This document shows positions 46,501 through 46,649 of a DNA stretch of 46,649 bases, one piece after another. The notes beneath the pieces are model-generated. The model ran no database searches. It was given only the letters and a program-made list of their open reading frames with translations, and was not told the origin of the DNA. The stretch lies in assembly GCA_964488565.1 (NCBI GenBank), contig CAZAUE010000004.1:1-46649 (forward strand), written 5' to 3'. Made by a program: the position numbers and the translations under genes. This DNA is from an uncultured Candidatus Saccharibacteria bacterium (GTDB lineage: Bacteria; Patescibacteriota; Minisyncoccia; 2-02-FULL-40-12; GWA2-44-9). Position 1 is the stretch's first letter; every line of letters begins with the position of its first letter.

Positions 46501-46649
46501 CAGCGACGTCTTCTGAAACTGATTCAATTCCGTAAACTTTTTCAGTTCCATCAACTCGGAACAAACCGGAAGTTACGAAAGCATCTCTTGTTGTAGGAGA
46601 AACATTCTTAACAGCGGCGAATCCTCCAAGGTGACCATACAAATTGAAG
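43565..46649 (-). CDS. large S-layer-like surface protein (5' end outside the window)
   Basis: Frame open to the window edge; more than 1025 aa rich in S/T/A/V/G/N/D with no Cys; TPTPT linker; about six repeated beta-sandwich-like modules; strong terminator. Confidence 0.7.
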   Translation of the reverse strand, partial: FNLYGHLGGFAAVKNVSPTTRDAFVTSGLFRVDGTEKVYGIESVSEDVAVLHWVNTSGAQAVLDDPNFFKKVFIINQAEFNLYTVGSTYTSVNQVPSYARVPGATPTPTGPLSAMLASDNPVSGTLMETQSMADLAHFQINGSGTVTNLELKRLGVSGDTTISDVYLFVNGARVSDSGNVSSGLITFANGSGLFTAPANVSVRAYVADSTSGQTIGVQLTKVNTTVVSALGNIHTIAANPATLATVSIGASTGPGDFNPQNDINVWQSNLTVSNEDVYFKRFTIREIGSVDSKDIKNLRLYVDGTQVATDADLDADGYATFLMNHRMLTGTRVVKVLADVIGGSTRTMQFSFRGFYDIDVMDESYNVNVKVTAGVAFPEDPNASTIGTPSVTGVKASDSPSGDLVDDSSDVVLGRFTLTAYGDSIKVETLKFMASTSNSDVDSLRNGRVLINGTQYGSTTTLGVFSDDTSSTSFTVNYTLVPGSPATVEVRADLHEASGDTDSVSANDVVSVFMAGGDYNNGIGVVSASVLDVPGSTAIESNNQTVKAGSMTVAKYTAYASQNVIVPNSLMLLGKYVLTGGSAEAVNINTMNAGFTVANEWTIGTLSNVYIKILNTTGGTVLTTSPKSSVTGADADNAYSVNFTLPQSTSYYAEIWGTVGSFVVAGANDTLITSLDTSGTSALSGGAVTGAQASGQTLTANTGSIAEALSGSAPSDKIVAANTTSTVHAVDFTATNDAFTIYEMVLDMDGGATPSATVANVIVKNGSTVVASAPLNGASVSFTGLNILVANNDTTTLTFDLQFGNVGVGAASTAANAKLNLESYKARDSVGTVTTDTTEVQGNDIYVHKSYPSIAAAALPSSVLVAGEVTMSKFNMTANGATVGLASMSWDFTKTSTVVLASASSAKLFIDGNDVTSLGTFYLEGGVTGLSTGVIDFRFTSEYQIPTGAPKVFELKHTVTSVPATGSLLTQFKMNDTAYALPQTAVNAGEGANLAWTDRSATSHGLTSGDWMNDNLIKDSTSQALSL

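Noticed and set aside
1356-46554. Numerous 60-120 aa ORFs antisense to or nested in long genes
   Set aside because: They lie within well-supported CDSs and show no motifs or expression signals

Overview
AT-rich (roughly 35% GC by eye) bacterial window, translation table 11. Gene style suggests Patescibacteria/CPR (Parcubacteria-like); this is an inference. Almost the whole window is a cell-surface glycosylation locus next to a large, 5'-truncated S-layer-like gene (43565..>46649, minus strand). It encodes about a dozen GT4/GT-A glycosyltransferases, a Wzx flippase, an ABC (PglK/MsbA-type) exporter and three candidate membrane transferases: Wzy_C/O-OST+TPR, TMTC-like+TPR and GT-C-like. Sugar-pathway genes include FdtA/FdtB, Fcl, an NDP-sugar C-methyltransferase, a second DegT aminotransferase, several O-methyltransferases, KdsB, a strongly divergent KdsA, a radical SAM enzyme and an SDR. 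The most striking non-coding signal is a four-helix-bundle (IVP/Avd-like) gene enclosed by inverted arms of 7-bp-periodic repeats (39828-40264). A gene-less copy of the same element sits in frame inside the next gene (40838-40952), and single-arm remnants occur nearby. Also notable: an exact 28-bp promoter motif with 10-bp periodicity found twice (one copy in front of an Xis/BldC-like HTH gene), and a WcaL-type glycosyltransferase split cleanly at its catalytic motif. No rRNA, tRNA, CRISPR array, integrase, transposase or reverse transcriptase was recognised.
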